Counted from the first letter of the stretch, positions 46,078 to 55,411 are shown. The stretch is DNA of 64,000 nucleotides from an uncultured Spirochaetaceae bacterium (GCA_944389275.1 CALXLT010000039.1:1493-65492); one strand, 5' to 3'. A program made the numbers and translations. Notes: a model not told the origin generated them from the sequence alone.

Positions 46078-46737
46078 TTACTCATCCTCCTCTTCCCCTA
46101 GCTGTACAGGGGAGTCTTCTGTGCCGATTCCTTCGTTGTCGGCATCATCAGCGTCCCGCAATGTGGGCAGAACACTGTCTCCTTCTCCATCTGATACGGG
46201 CCCTTCACTTCCAGGCATTTCGGGCACCTGAAGTACCTCTCCTTCCTGGGTGCCGGGTCCGGCATCTTCCTTCTCATACACAAACCCTCCAAGATCCACC
46301 TTGCATGTCAGCTGTGCCTGGATCAGATACACGTTTTCAACCGAATCGGATTGGAACTGCACCCCGAGATCCGTATCGAGGGCTGTTCCGCCCAAGCTCC
46401 AGTCAGACCGTATGCAGTCCTCAAGGATGTCCTCATATAGCCGGCCCATCTCCTCCAGATAATCAGGATCATCTGCCGTGAGGCCGATGCCTATGACCAC
46501 GCTGTAGGATGTCGTATAGGGATCAGTAAGCTGCTTCCCATTCACTAGGATGATGCAGCCAGGATAATGGGAAAGCCCGGAAAGGACGCCGTTATACCCT
46601 GACTGCCACAGCGCGATATCAGGAAGCCTGACATCAGGATCCTCTGCATTGACTGCAGCGACCCTCTCGCTGATAGCCTTCTCAAGGTACTCCTGCAATG
46701 CTGATACGAATCTTTCCGTGCTATTCCTCATCCTCAA
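46078..46737 (-). CDS. Head-tail joining / tail-terminator-position protein with long acidic tail
   Basis: Assigned by position only. The last ~60 aa are E/D/G-rich and overlap the embedded zinc-ribbon ORF. Confidence 0.55.
   Translation of the reverse strand: MRMRNSTERFVSALQEYLEKAISERVAAVNAEDPDVRLPDIALWQSGYNGVLSGLSHYPGCIILVNGKQLTDPYTTSYSVVIGIGLTADDPDYLEEMGRLYEDILEDCIRSDWSLGGTALDTDLGVQFQSDSVENVYLIQAQLTCKVDLGGFVYEKEDAGPGTQEGEVLQVPEMPGSEGPVSDGEGDSVLPTLRDADDADNEGIGTEDSPVQLGEEEDE
46098..46277 (-). CDS. Embedded 59-aa zinc-ribbon ORF (+1 frame inside 46078..46737)
   Basis: GGAGGG-N7-ATG at 46277. MRRKMPDPAPRKERYFRCPKCLEVKGPYQMEKETVFCPHCGTLMMP... (CPxC-N17-CPxC). Its codon choice (AAG/GAG/CAG/AGG) matches the capsid gene. 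Confidence 0.4.
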   Translation of the reverse strand: MRRKMPDPAPRKERYFRCPKCLEVKGPYQMEKETVFCPHCGTLMMPTTKESAQKTPLYS

Positions 46738-47149
46738 CCTTCTTCAGCATCTTATCGAGGTTGGCCTCTACGGCCTTCGTGATCTGATAATCAGCTCCGA
46801 ACGCGACAAATGCAGGTCGCATGAACTCATGTATCGTTCCAGTCCAGCGTTCCAGATAGTTCTGAAGCCCCTTGATGCCCTTGCCTGGACGGATGACGAA
46901 AACGGACTCCTTCTTGCCGTGGCTCTTCTTCTGCATCCAGGCACCGATGTGCCTTCTCGTCTCTCCCGTTATGACACCAAGCCTTTGACCTGAGACATAA
47001 TCCCTCTTCACAAAGCTGACGAATTTATCGGATTCATCTCCAATGGACCATCTGATCCAGGCCATCAGCCGCTTATCGCCGATAGCTTCAAGCTTCTCGG
47101 AGGCTGCACTTATGGTCCCTTTGTCAGTGATGGAAAGGAACTCACTCAT
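46721..47149 (-). CDS. HK97 gp10-family head-tail protein
   Basis: IHEFMRPAFVAF resembles the conserved F-x-RPA motif of the HK97 gp10 family. Position supports the call. Confidence 0.65.
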   Translation of the reverse strand: MSEFLSITDKGTISAASEKLEAIGDKRLMAWIRWSIGDESDKFVSFVKRDYVSGQRLGVITGETRRHIGAWMQKKSHGKKESVFVIRPGKGIKGLQNYLERWTGTIHEFMRPAFVAFGADYQITKAVEANLDKMLKKVEDEE

Positions 47150-47661
47150 AACGCCCTGTTCCTCCGGTATGGCTCAAGCATCTTCTGCACAGCCAGCGGC
47201 GGAGTCGATTGCTCGATGGTCTCCGTCCCGCCTTCGGTCGATCTTGAGCTGATGCCAAGGAGCTTCCCTGAAGACAGCTTCATGAGATGCTGCGCGGTGA
47301 AGGCTATGGCTGTCTTGATGGTCTCCGGCACCTTGCCTTCAGCCCATCCGCAGCTATAAGCCACAACGACTTCAGAGCCAGAGGACGAACTGACCTTGAT
47401 GTAGTTCGCCCTCTTCTCATAACGGTATGCGGCCTCTGCGCCATTCACCTTGACGCTCTTGACCTCCAGGACAGGGGTGTGGGTCAGGACATAGCCGGAA
47501 TCTCCCCCAGGGAAATATTCCTCTACATCCCCCTGCTCTATCTCGGCATACCTCAGCACCTCTTCCTCAGCCGTAGACAGAAGGGCCTGATAGGTCTCAT
47601 CCTGAGACTTCGGGAAGCTGAACCCATATACCGTTCGAAGATCATCAAGCGTCACCAGCAT
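47146..47661 (-). CDS. Head-tail connector (gp6-like)
   Basis: MLVTLDDLRTVYGFSF...LLSTAEEEVLRYAEI N-terminus is typical of phage head-tail connector proteins. Directly follows the capsid gene. Confidence 0.65.
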   Translation of the reverse strand: MLVTLDDLRTVYGFSFPKSQDETYQALLSTAEEEVLRYAEIEQGDVEEYFPGGDSGYVLTHTPVLEVKSVKVNGAEAAYRYEKRANYIKVSSSSGSEVVVAYSCGWAEGKVPETIKTAIAFTAQHLMKLSSGKLLGISSRSTEGGTETIEQSTPPLAVQKMLEPYRRNRAL

Positions 47662-47675
47662 CGCTCAGCCCTCCG

Positions 47676-48818
47676 TCAGGATGCCTTCATCTTAAGGATT
47701 GCGAACGCATCCTTGAGAGCGATATCGCCATCTATCCTCTCCTGGCCTCTGATGCCTACCTGACCTGTAGCGGCATAGAGTTCAGAGAGTGTCCTCATCT
47801 CGATGCTCTGGCGGTCACAGATGTGGTAATAGCTGAAGTCGCCGACAATCATGGCCACAGCTCCAGCCGCAAGCGCCGGGCACTCATCAGATACGACCAC
47901 AGGGATACCCATGATCTGCCTGATCTCATCCTGCTGCGGGAACATGTATGTCGTGCCGTCCTTGAACTCGTGGATGATATCAAGAAGGGCCTGCGAGCAT
48001 ACGATATGGGCTGTGTTCCTGTAAGCCTCGAGCTTCTGTATCGTGCTCTTGATCTCTGCCCATGTGACAGTCGTAGCAGAAGCCGCAGTCACGGTATTGC
48101 CGGTAGCCACATTGGTCGCGATTCCGCGGATCTTGGTCTTTGAAGAAGCAGTTCCTGTACCAAAGAGAATCTCCTTGTCTTCCTTCTTTGCAAAGGCCTT
48201 TGCGAACTTGTCCTCGATATAGCCCATGACATCAACGCCGAGATCTGCGATATACTCCTCGGACACCTTTGTGAGAGCGCCAAGCTTAAGCGCCTGAAGC
48301 CCGATCGGAACGATAGAAGGAGTCGTATCGCCAAATGTTCCGGCCTCATCGATGTAATCAACGACAACATCGTCACCTTCGACCATGACAGTATATTCGC
48401 CATTAGCCTGGTGGACAGTGCAGAGTCCCCTGATGCGAGCGATCTTCTCCTTCTTCATCTGGATGTTCTGAGCACATTCGCGTGGAAGAAGACCTGAGAA
48501 TGTCGTCCCCTTAGAGACAGCCTCGACAAGGCTAAGGCCGAACTGCTCTCTCTCAGAGAGCTGCTCCTTGTCCTTCTTGCCCTCAACGATCTTCTTCGGG
48601 ATGCCGCCCTTCTCAAACTGCGACTTCTCCTCAAGAGCCTCGATGTTATCAAGCTCCTCCTGGATCTCATCTGCCTGCTTCTTCAGCATCTCATACTTCT
48701 TCACATCATCATCCGATGCTGTCTCAAGCATCTTCTCAAAGGTCTCCTGGACCTTGCTCTCAATGGCCTCAAGTCTCTTCTGAAGCTGCTCCTTCTTAGA
48801 CTTAAACATACGCCTCAT
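47676..48818 (-). CDS. Major capsid protein, HK97 family
   Basis: N-terminal coiled-coil delta domain (about 100 aa, KKEQLQKRLEAIE...) followed by an HK97-fold-like region. Follows the prohead protease. Confidence 0.9.
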   Translation of the reverse strand: MRRMFKSKKEQLQKRLEAIESKVQETFEKMLETASDDDVKKYEMLKKQADEIQEELDNIEALEEKSQFEKGGIPKKIVEGKKDKEQLSEREQFGLSLVEAVSKGTTFSGLLPRECAQNIQMKKEKIARIRGLCTVHQANGEYTVMVEGDDVVVDYIDEAGTFGDTTPSIVPIGLQALKLGALTKVSEEYIADLGVDVMGYIEDKFAKAFAKKEDKEILFGTGTASSKTKIRGIATNVATGNTVTAASATTVTWAEIKSTIQKLEAYRNTAHIVCSQALLDIIHEFKDGTTYMFPQQDEIRQIMGIPVVVSDECPALAAGAVAMIVGDFSYYHICDRQSIEMRTLSELYAATGQVGIRGQERIDGDIALKDAFAILKMKAS

Positions 48819-49435
48819 CTCCTTATCAAAAGACTTGCGAGATCCCTTGCGACCTTTGACCGCCTTTCAGCCATCGCCTCATCAGCCTCTGTCTTGACCA
48901 CCGTCTCCGCAGAGCGTCTCTGGCGCGTTGGCCTCGCCTTCTCACCCATTGTCGCGTACACCTCTCCGGCCGGCATAGTGACAAAGTCCAGATAGCGGAC
49001 AAGTTCATATGTCTCCGGAACGATCACATTCGACATGGGGTCCAGTTCACCATAGCCAACGGATGAGACTCCAATGGCAACTCCTTTGCTTGAAAGGAGT
49101 TCCAATCGCTTCTCGTACTCAGAGTCAACAAACTCGATATCCACCCTCAGCTCGTTGCCCTCGATGCGAGGATTGGAGCAGACCGCCTTGGCTATGCCAT
49201 ATTCCTCTCCTGTAATCCAGTTCACGTCATGGCCGTCATAAGCCAGCGTTGACTTGGCTTCTGCAACAATACGCTCAGCAAGCGGCCTGCTATAGATGCG
49301 GCCATTGAGATTCATCTCGCCAAGCTTCCATACGCTCGCGGTCCACTTGCCGTCACTGCCGCCTGCCTCTTCCTTAAGAACCGGCTTATGCAGCACCCCG
49401 CATGATTCAATCAAAAGCATCTTCTCCATATTCAA
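48815..49435 (-). CDS. Prohead protease (HK97 / S78 family)
   Basis: AYDGHD (His) and IGVSSVGYG (Ser) motifs. Lies between portal and capsid. Confidence 0.8.
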   Translation of the reverse strand: MNMEKMLLIESCGVLHKPVLKEEAGGSDGKWTASVWKLGEMNLNGRIYSRPLAERIVAEAKSTLAYDGHDVNWITGEEYGIAKAVCSNPRIEGNELRVDIEFVDSEYEKRLELLSSKGVAIGVSSVGYGELDPMSNVIVPETYELVRYLDFVTMPAGEVYATMGEKARPTRQRRSAETVVKTEADEAMAERRSKVARDLASLLIRR

Positions 49436-49438
49436 CCC

Positions 49439-51406
49439 TCACTCTCCTGGTGCCACAGAGCATCTGCAATGGTTGTGGAATGGCGGATGCCTGTAGTCCT
49501 TATCGATATGGCGGACACCGCCATCACCCGTATCAACATCAGTACCCTTCTGAAGCACATACCCTTCCACCGAAGCCGCCTTGCCATCCAGTGATCCGCA
49601 GAAGCTGCAGCTATTCGAGGCAGCCACGACATGGAAGACTGAGACATGCAGCTGGGAGAAGAGGAAGAGCGCGAAGGCATTGCTTGATCTGTTGACCTCT
49701 TCCTCGCTCTGATCTATCGGGTAGTCATTCTCCAGCGAAGCCATATCATCATCGAAATGATCCGTGCCGATGGAGCCCTCTGCAGTACGCTTCACCGTCC
49801 CTGCTACGCGCTGAGCCATACCATCTGCATAGGAACCGGCATACTTATCCAGGCTGCCATCAGATACCTCATCATCCTTGCCCGTCTCAGCCTTCACGAC
49901 TGGAACCATCTTCTGGAGGACATCGAGGTAGAGGGCCTTGTACTCCGCTGACATATCCGCAGCATGGGTGTCTAGCCAGTCCTTGAAATCCGATATGACG
50001 GATGATGCCGGTGATCCGGTAGCTACTAGCCTCTTCAGCTCCTCAATCGATGCCTTCAGCTGTGCCCTGATCAGCTTCTCCAGCTTTGCCCTATTGCTCT
50101 TAGCCGGCTTCTGTGCCTCCTCCACGAAAAGGAGGTCGTGAGCCCTCTTCTCTGCCTTCATCCTTATCCTTGATTCATCTAGGCTTTCCTTCTCAGCTGT
50201 CAGGATATGCCCCTCTTCTGCAGGAATGTTCCAAAGTGATCCCATGCCATTAGTACCGCCTGCATACTTGCCGGCCACGACATCTGAGAGATTCCCGTAA
50301 TTCATCGGGAAGAAATGGACATCGCCATCCGGTCCGATGCCAGGCATCTCCTCCTTCTGCCTGACCTCATTGATGGAATACCAGCCATCCATGATTGCGT
50401 TATGGTAGAAGGCTGCCCTGGTTGCATGGTCGCCCCTCAATAGCCCTTCAAGGGAGAACTTTATATATTCCCTATCCCTGCAGAGCGCATTGTTGAGCGC
50501 AGCTTCCCATGCGGCGATTCTTGGCTGAATACAGTAGATGACCATCTGAAGCCCCTGCTGCTCTGAGTTATTGTATGTTCCTGTGATGTCCCCGATGAAG
50601 AACGGAGGTACGTTGAAGCGTCTCGCCACTTCTGTGGCTGACCATTTCTGCGCTTCGCTGAGCTTCGAGATGTCTGCATTCTGCACCTGGATAGGTGTTA
50701 TCTTGATCGTCTCCTCTGTAATGTAATTACGGAATCCCCTAGCGGAGTCGAACATCCTCCTCAGCTCTTCCTTTTGCTCCTTCGAGAAGTTCTTTGGTAC
50801 GCTGATGTTATTGCCGATGATAGAGGCACCTTCATAGTATTCTGCCTGCATGTCCTTGCACTTCTGGGCAAGCTCGATATCATTCTTGGCATAGTACATC
50901 GGATCCAAGACGGTTCCTGCCCCATATCCTATAGGAGTATTCCTGACCAGGAGTATGTCCGCAGCGCTGAAGGTCTCTCCTGTAAGCGCATAGGTATACT
51001 TGAGCACATCGCCATCAGCGGAAGCCACGATGGATGAAGGAGACACAGGCCAAAGCGCGATAGGCAGCCCTGCCCTGGAACGCTTGATGATGGCTATAGC
51101 CTCTCCTCTCATCTCGAAGTTGAAGCCCATGACGAAGCGGAAATCATAGCTTGTCATATAAGCATTCGGCTTCTTCAGGAGCTCTGCCAGGATGGTCTTA
51201 TCCTCAGGAGAGCGATTCCCGTTGGGATCTATCCTGTAGGCATGCCAGGGAAGAGTCGCATAGAGCCGCGATAGATTCACTACGCAGGACCACAGGGCTG
51301 AATTGAAGAGATCTCCCTGCGTTCCTATGATCCTTCTCCCTGAGCCATAGGCAATAGCCGATGCTATCGATTCCGTCTTCTTTTTGAAGAAATCAATCAG
51401 TCCCAT
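49439..51406 (-). CDS. Portal protein (HK97 family) fused to a C-terminal MuF / SPP1 gp7-like head-morphogenesis domain
   Basis: N-terminal ~400 aa is portal-like. The C-terminus ends in CSFCGSLDG...HPPFHNHCRCS, the MuF hallmark. Confidence 0.8.
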   Translation of the reverse strand: MGLIDFFKKKTESIASAIAYGSGRRIIGTQGDLFNSALWSCVVNLSRLYATLPWHAYRIDPNGNRSPEDKTILAELLKKPNAYMTSYDFRFVMGFNFEMRGEAIAIIKRSRAGLPIALWPVSPSSIVASADGDVLKYTYALTGETFSAADILLVRNTPIGYGAGTVLDPMYYAKNDIELAQKCKDMQAEYYEGASIIGNNISVPKNFSKEQKEELRRMFDSARGFRNYITEETIKITPIQVQNADISKLSEAQKWSATEVARRFNVPPFFIGDITGTYNNSEQQGLQMVIYCIQPRIAAWEAALNNALCRDREYIKFSLEGLLRGDHATRAAFYHNAIMDGWYSINEVRQKEEMPGIGPDGDVHFFPMNYGNLSDVVAGKYAGGTNGMGSLWNIPAEEGHILTAEKESLDESRIRMKAEKRAHDLLFVEEAQKPAKSNRAKLEKLIRAQLKASIEELKRLVATGSPASSVISDFKDWLDTHAADMSAEYKALYLDVLQKMVPVVKAETGKDDEVSDGSLDKYAGSYADGMAQRVAGTVKRTAEGSIGTDHFDDDMASLENDYPIDQSEEEVNRSSNAFALFLFSQLHVSVFHVVAASNSCSFCGSLDGKAASVEGYVLQKGTDVDTGDGGVRHIDKDYRHPPFHNHCRCSVAPGE

Positions 51407-51412
51407 TCCATA

Positions 51413-53119
51413 TCACCATGCGGTAAGCATGTCCTCCACGCTGCCGGAGAAGGCAGCCATATCATTCGTCTTCGCATTCGAGAGAGCCATCACTGATGTG
51501 ATGACGCCATCTATCCTCGCCTCTGTCCTCTTCTTCGGCTTCACGAGCTTCACATTGCCGCTTGAGTCCTGGAACGTCTCAGCGCAGCTCATCATCCAGT
51601 CCACTACCTCATTGCCGTTGTCGCTCACCTTCCCTTCCAGGTAAGCCCGCTCGAAGTCCGTGATGGTCGGGCTCATCGTCTTCATTCCCTGGCTGAACTC
51701 GTAAGCGACATCCGTGAACCATGGAGGCATCAGCTTCACGAGCTCCTCTATCCTCCAGCGGTCAGCCGCGATGTAATGGATCTGATACGTGGAATAGGCC
51801 CATGTCAGATACTCGCAGACATAGTCATAGTCGATGACATCGCCAGGCGTTGCGGTGACCCAGCCCATCTCGATCCACTTCCTGAGCGGTATCCTGCACT
51901 GCCTGGATATCGCAGTGACCATGCTCTCGGCAATCCAGAAGTGCGTGAGCTGCACGTGCCTCTCGTCTTCCAGCGGGAAGTCTAGGGTGAATGCGGTGAA
52001 GTCCGATACTGATGAGAGATCAAGCCCTCCATAGGCCATACTGCCCTCAAGCTCACTCTCATCGACCTGCCACCTGCATCGCTCCATCCATATGGGCATG
52101 TTTGCCCACTTATGCAGGCTATGGCACCACATGTTCAGGTTCTTGGTCTTGAAGTCGATGATGTCATCCTCTGAAGCCCTTGCATATTCGTAATGGGACT
52201 CAAAGGTCTCCGGATCAATGGATACTCCCCAGTTAGGATTCGCCTTTGGCCAGACTGAAGGATCATCCACGCTGTCCTTCTCATCAAGCTCATAGATGGC
52301 GATGAAATAGCGCGGTATCTCCAGCTCGCCTGACAGCACCCGCTTGCATTTCTTGTATTCCTCATGGCATACGCCTCCAAGAGAGACTCCAGCAGTAGTG
52401 ATCCTTATCAGCATAGCCTGCTGCTCTGATATGTTGCCTGAGGCTATCGAGTTCAGAAGGCTGTTGTCCTTATGCTGGTGATACTCATCGATGACAGCCG
52501 CATATGAGAGCTTACCATCCTTCGGCTCTGCGGCTATAGCCGTTATCTCGCTGTTCCTGTATTTGATCTGCTTGTTGTTCTTGCTGTCCGAAACAATGAC
52601 CTTATCGCCCTTCCTGAGCTTAAGCGAGTCAGCTGCTCTCCGGAATGTCTCGCCCGCCTGATCCAGCGATGTGGCTCCGATATAGCAGCTCACGCCATCG
52701 ACCTCTCCGAAAGCCAGGTAATCAAGCAGAGCTCCTACATAGGTGCTCTTGCCGTTCTTCCTGGCAACCTCGATGAAGGCATCCGTGAATCTCCTGACCT
52801 TAGGATTGTCTTTCTTCACCCAGCCGAAGAGAACGATGGTATCCCATGCCTGCCAGTCTGAGAGCATCATAGGCTGTCCCCTTTTGCCGCCTTTAGGGAA
52901 AGCCAGGTTTATGGCGATCCAGAGAAGAGGGCGAAGGCCAGCATCCATATCGAAGCGGAAGCCTGGGACCCCTTCCTTGAGGTCGGACTCCTGACGCTGC
53001 ACCTTGGCTTTCTCTGCCAGGGATACCGCACGCGCGCCATACAGCACCGATGAACGATAGCGCTGGTATGCTGCGGTATAATCATTAGTCAGCTTCCTCA
53101 CGAGATCTTCCCTAGTCAT
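51413..53119 (-). CDS. Terminase large subunit
   Basis: ORF 51413..53203. Walker A-like ARKNGKSTY, Walker B VIDEYHQH. Nuclease-domain-length C-terminus. ATGACTAG overlap with TerS puts the start at 53119. Confidence 0.9.
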   Translation of the reverse strand: MTREDLVRKLTNDYTAAYQRYRSSVLYGARAVSLAEKAKVQRQESDLKEGVPGFRFDMDAGLRPLLWIAINLAFPKGGKRGQPMMLSDWQAWDTIVLFGWVKKDNPKVRRFTDAFIEVARKNGKSTYVGALLDYLAFGEVDGVSCYIGATSLDQAGETFRRAADSLKLRKGDKVIVSDSKNNKQIKYRNSEITAIAAEPKDGKLSYAAVIDEYHQHKDNSLLNSIASGNISEQQAMLIRITTAGVSLGGVCHEEYKKCKRVLSGELEIPRYFIAIYELDEKDSVDDPSVWPKANPNWGVSIDPETFESHYEYARASEDDIIDFKTKNLNMWCHSLHKWANMPIWMERCRWQVDESELEGSMAYGGLDLSSVSDFTAFTLDFPLEDERHVQLTHFWIAESMVTAISRQCRIPLRKWIEMGWVTATPGDVIDYDYVCEYLTWAYSTYQIHYIAADRWRIEELVKLMPPWFTDVAYEFSQGMKTMSPTITDFERAYLEGKVSDNGNEVVDWMMSCAETFQDSSGNVKLVKPKKRTEARIDGVITSVMALSNAKTNDMAAFSGSVEDMLTAW

Positions 53120-53453
53120 CGAAGAGCCCTCCGAATGTAGGATCGTCATCCTTCTTGTCATCCTTGGTGATCGCCAATGCCTTCCTGGCTTTGTACGTAA
53201 CACCGAAAGCAGACATGATGGAGATGTATGAAGCCAGCGCAGCCTTCCTGTCCGAGAGCTTCTCGGTCCTGTCCTTGAAGATTGAGTACAGCTCGCACGC
53301 TGCCTCTATCACCGGAACATCAACCGAGCAGACAACTCCATCCTTGATGAGAAGAGGGACGATGTATTTGAAATGGTCCTTTGCCGGACCTGTCAGCCAG
53401 GCTGCAGGTTCCGGAGTCTTCTGGAGTATCGCGTTCTCTATGGGCTTAGACAT
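53112..53453 (-). CDS. Terminase small subunit (P27 family-like)
   Basis: ORF 53112..53522. MSKPIENAI...LTGPAKDHFKYIVPLLIKDGV...DVPVIEAACELYS resembles P27-family TerS. ATGTCTAA overlap with HNH. Confidence 0.75.
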   Translation of the reverse strand: MSKPIENAILQKTPEPAAWLTGPAKDHFKYIVPLLIKDGVVCSVDVPVIEAACELYSIFKDRTEKLSDRKAALASYISIMSAFGVTYKARKALAITKDDKKDDDPTFGGLFDD

Positions 53454-53949
53454 TCGAAGCCTCCCCGTGTGTGGGAGCGTCTCCACCGAGCGCGGTCGAG
53501 GCGGGGTGTCCATTTTCCTCACCCCTCCCCTCGGGGTGCTGCGAAAGCGCAGCGAGATCTTCCTTGTATGCTGCTCTCATCGCCCTGTCTTCCCTTGTGC
53601 CCTTCCTGGCATTGCAGGAATAGCAGAGCGCCTGATAGTGAGCGGGATCATAGTCGAAGCCGCCATAGGCATCGACCATCATGTCAGCAGTCATATCCTT
53701 GTGGTCGCAGACCCTTGCCGGAGCGCCGCAGATCTCGCAGGTCGGATGGAGGCGGAGGAAGTCCGATGCGAACTTCCTCCACTTCCAGCTCCTGTATTCC
53801 TTCCTGGCAGAAGCAGTCGGCTTGTCCTCGCTCTCAGTCCGGGGATGATCAGCACGGTACCTTGCCGTGCATTCATCGCAGTAGCCTGACGCATTGCGGT
53901 GCAGGTTCGGACAGCCATATGTCTTGCATTTCTTTCGGAGACTTCCCAT
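53446..53949 (-). CDS. HNH endonuclease (terminase-associated type)
   Basis: CEICG...CDHKD...ALCYSCNARKG. Immediately upstream of TerS, as in HK97-like cos phages. Confidence 0.85.
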   Translation of the reverse strand: MGSLRKKCKTYGCPNLHRNASGYCDECTARYRADHPRTESEDKPTASARKEYRSWKWRKFASDFLRLHPTCEICGAPARVCDHKDMTADMMVDAYGGFDYDPAHYQALCYSCNARKGTREDRAMRAAYKEDLAALSQHPEGRGEENGHPASTALGGDAPTHGEASNV

Positions 53950-54015
53950 GCCTTACAGTTTCTGAGCCAAGGGACAAAGGGGAAAGCTCACTTGTCCGAT
54001 AGGCGCACAGGATTG

Positions 54016-54225
54016 CTATGTGGAGACATCATCAGAGGGCAAGGCCTCGTCAATGCATATGACGGGCCTGGTATTCGGTATCTCGCCGTAGTCATCCCTC
54101 AAGCCACGGAGAAGTCGGCCACGGGAGATACCTGTAGCCTTTGAGGCATCGATGATCGAGTCATAGTAGACTGTCTTCCTCGGCCTCGAATAGATCAGGA
54201 TGATAGGCTGCTTCGCTCCCTGCAT
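54016..54225 (-). CDS. Small DNA-binding protein, NUMOD1-like HTH
   Basis: KTVYYDSIIDASKATGISRGRLLRGL resembles the NUMOD1 motif of homing-endonuclease DNA-binding modules. Confidence 0.45.
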   Translation of the reverse strand: MQGAKQPIILIYSRPRKTVYYDSIIDASKATGISRGRLLRGLRDDYGEIPNTRPVICIDEALPSDDVST

Positions 54226-54417
54226 CTACCTGACCCGGACATAGTTCTCATCAGAGTCGAAGAACCTGACACCAGCTCCAGCGCCCTGGTCAGGGAAAGC
54301 CACGCAGATGCGCCTGCCGGCCATATCATACTGGATCTCCTCGACCTTATAGCTCCTCATCGTCCTGGAGCTTCTAACGATATCTCCTTTGAATAGCCTA
54401 GCCTTGCCTGTCTTCAT
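54226..54417 (-). CDS. Hypothetical phage protein
   Basis: ORF 54226..54471. GGAGGA SD before ATG 54417 (MKTGKARLFKGD...). Confidence 0.5.
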   Translation of the reverse strand: MKTGKARLFKGDIVRSSRTMRSYKVEEIQYDMAGRRICVAFPDQGAGAGVRFFDSDENYVRVR

Positions 54418-54802
54418 CGTCTTCCTCCTCCTTGAAGAAATCCTCAAGCTCGTTGTCCCAACGGTTGCCAATGACTGCTATGTCATCACCACAAAGCCAT
54501 TCCGAATCCTGCTCGATATGGAAATCGCCGCCCTGCGATACGGTGACAAATGCATGGCTGATCCCGTTGTATTCGATAAGCCAAAGAACATCGTCATCAT
54601 CCCGGATGTAGTCACCCTCATAGATCTCTACGCCATTATTGATGCACACCAGCTGCGATACAGTATCAGGATTCACGGCAATCGTCATGCCGTACTCATC
54701 CTCGATGTAGCAGTCTCCGAGCCTGTTTTTCTTAAAGAATCCGTATATCCATTCGCCTTTGCGAGCTAATATCCCTTTGCCTCTGAACTTAATCCCTCTC
54801 AT
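54398..54802 (-). CDS. YopX-family phage protein
   Basis: MRGIKFRGKG...GEWIYG...IYEGDYI... is the YopX pattern. Confidence 0.7.
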   Translation of the reverse strand: MRGIKFRGKGILARKGEWIYGFFKKNRLGDCYIEDEYGMTIAVNPDTVSQLVCINNGVEIYEGDYIRDDDDVLWLIEYNGISHAFVTVSQGGDFHIEQDSEWLCGDDIAVIGNRWDNELEDFFKEEEDDEDRQG

Positions 54803-54956
54803 GCCATCCCTCCTTAAGGTACTTCACGTACTCAAGCAAGCCTTCGATATATCCTTCCATATACGATGCATAGCTCTCCATCCCGAAGACATATCCCCGC
54901 ATGTCCTTGGGCACCGTCTCTATCTCCGGCATCTCCGGTCTGTCATATATGCACAT
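54789..54956 (-). CDS. Hypothetical phage protein
   Basis: ORF 54789..54983. TGATG coupling and a GGAGGAAGAG SD place the start at 54956. Confidence 0.5.
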   Translation of the reverse strand: MCIYDRPEMPEIETVPKDMRGYVFGMESYASYMEGYIEGLLEYVKYLKEGWHERD

Positions 54957-55411
54957 CACTCTTCCTCCACGAGTCTGCCGCAAAGGCTTCCATCCAAAAA
55001 CTCGAAAGCTCCTAGTAATGCAATCATTGTTTGCCCCTCTCCATTACTCAAGAATGCACACATGGAATTTAGGCCAGTTATCTGATACTCGACAGCGGGA
55101 ATAGTCTTAATCCTCACCCACGCCCCTCTAAGCTTTGTCCTGTCTTCCTCTTTCGAGAGGTCGAAAGGCACATACTTCTTCTCAGGCTCCTTCTTGCGGA
55201 TGAGGCAGGCCCAGGCGCAACCGCCCTCGGCCCAAAAAGGAAAGGAATCATTTGGGGAAACTTTCGCGAGTTTCCTTGGAATAGCCTTATAGTCTTCCAA
55301 CTGTGAAAGCACTGTTCTCGGATTATCCGCAAAATAATATTCAGCCCCAATCTCCACCCTCGGGTCTTCCGGATCTATTATCACGTCAGCGTATGTGTAT
55401 TTCTCACTCAT
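54956..55411 (-). CDS. Hypothetical phage protein
   Basis: AAGGAGG SD before ATG 55411. No family recognised. Confidence 0.6.
   Translation of the reverse strand: MSEKYTYADVIIDPEDPRVEIGAEYYFADNPRTVLSQLEDYKAIPRKLAKVSPNDSFPFWAEGGCAWACLIRKKEPEKKYVPFDLSKEEDRTKLRGAWVRIKTIPAVEYQITGLNSMCAFLSNGEGQTMIALLGAFEFLDGSLCGRLVEEE

Noticed and set aside
53155-54002. Long plus-strand ORFs (244 and 209 aa) across the TerS/HNH region
   Set aside because: They lie opposite a tightly coupled minus-strand operon with recognisable TerS and HNH motifs. Their composition is Arg/Ser/Pro-rich, and no other plus-strand gene exists in the prophage.
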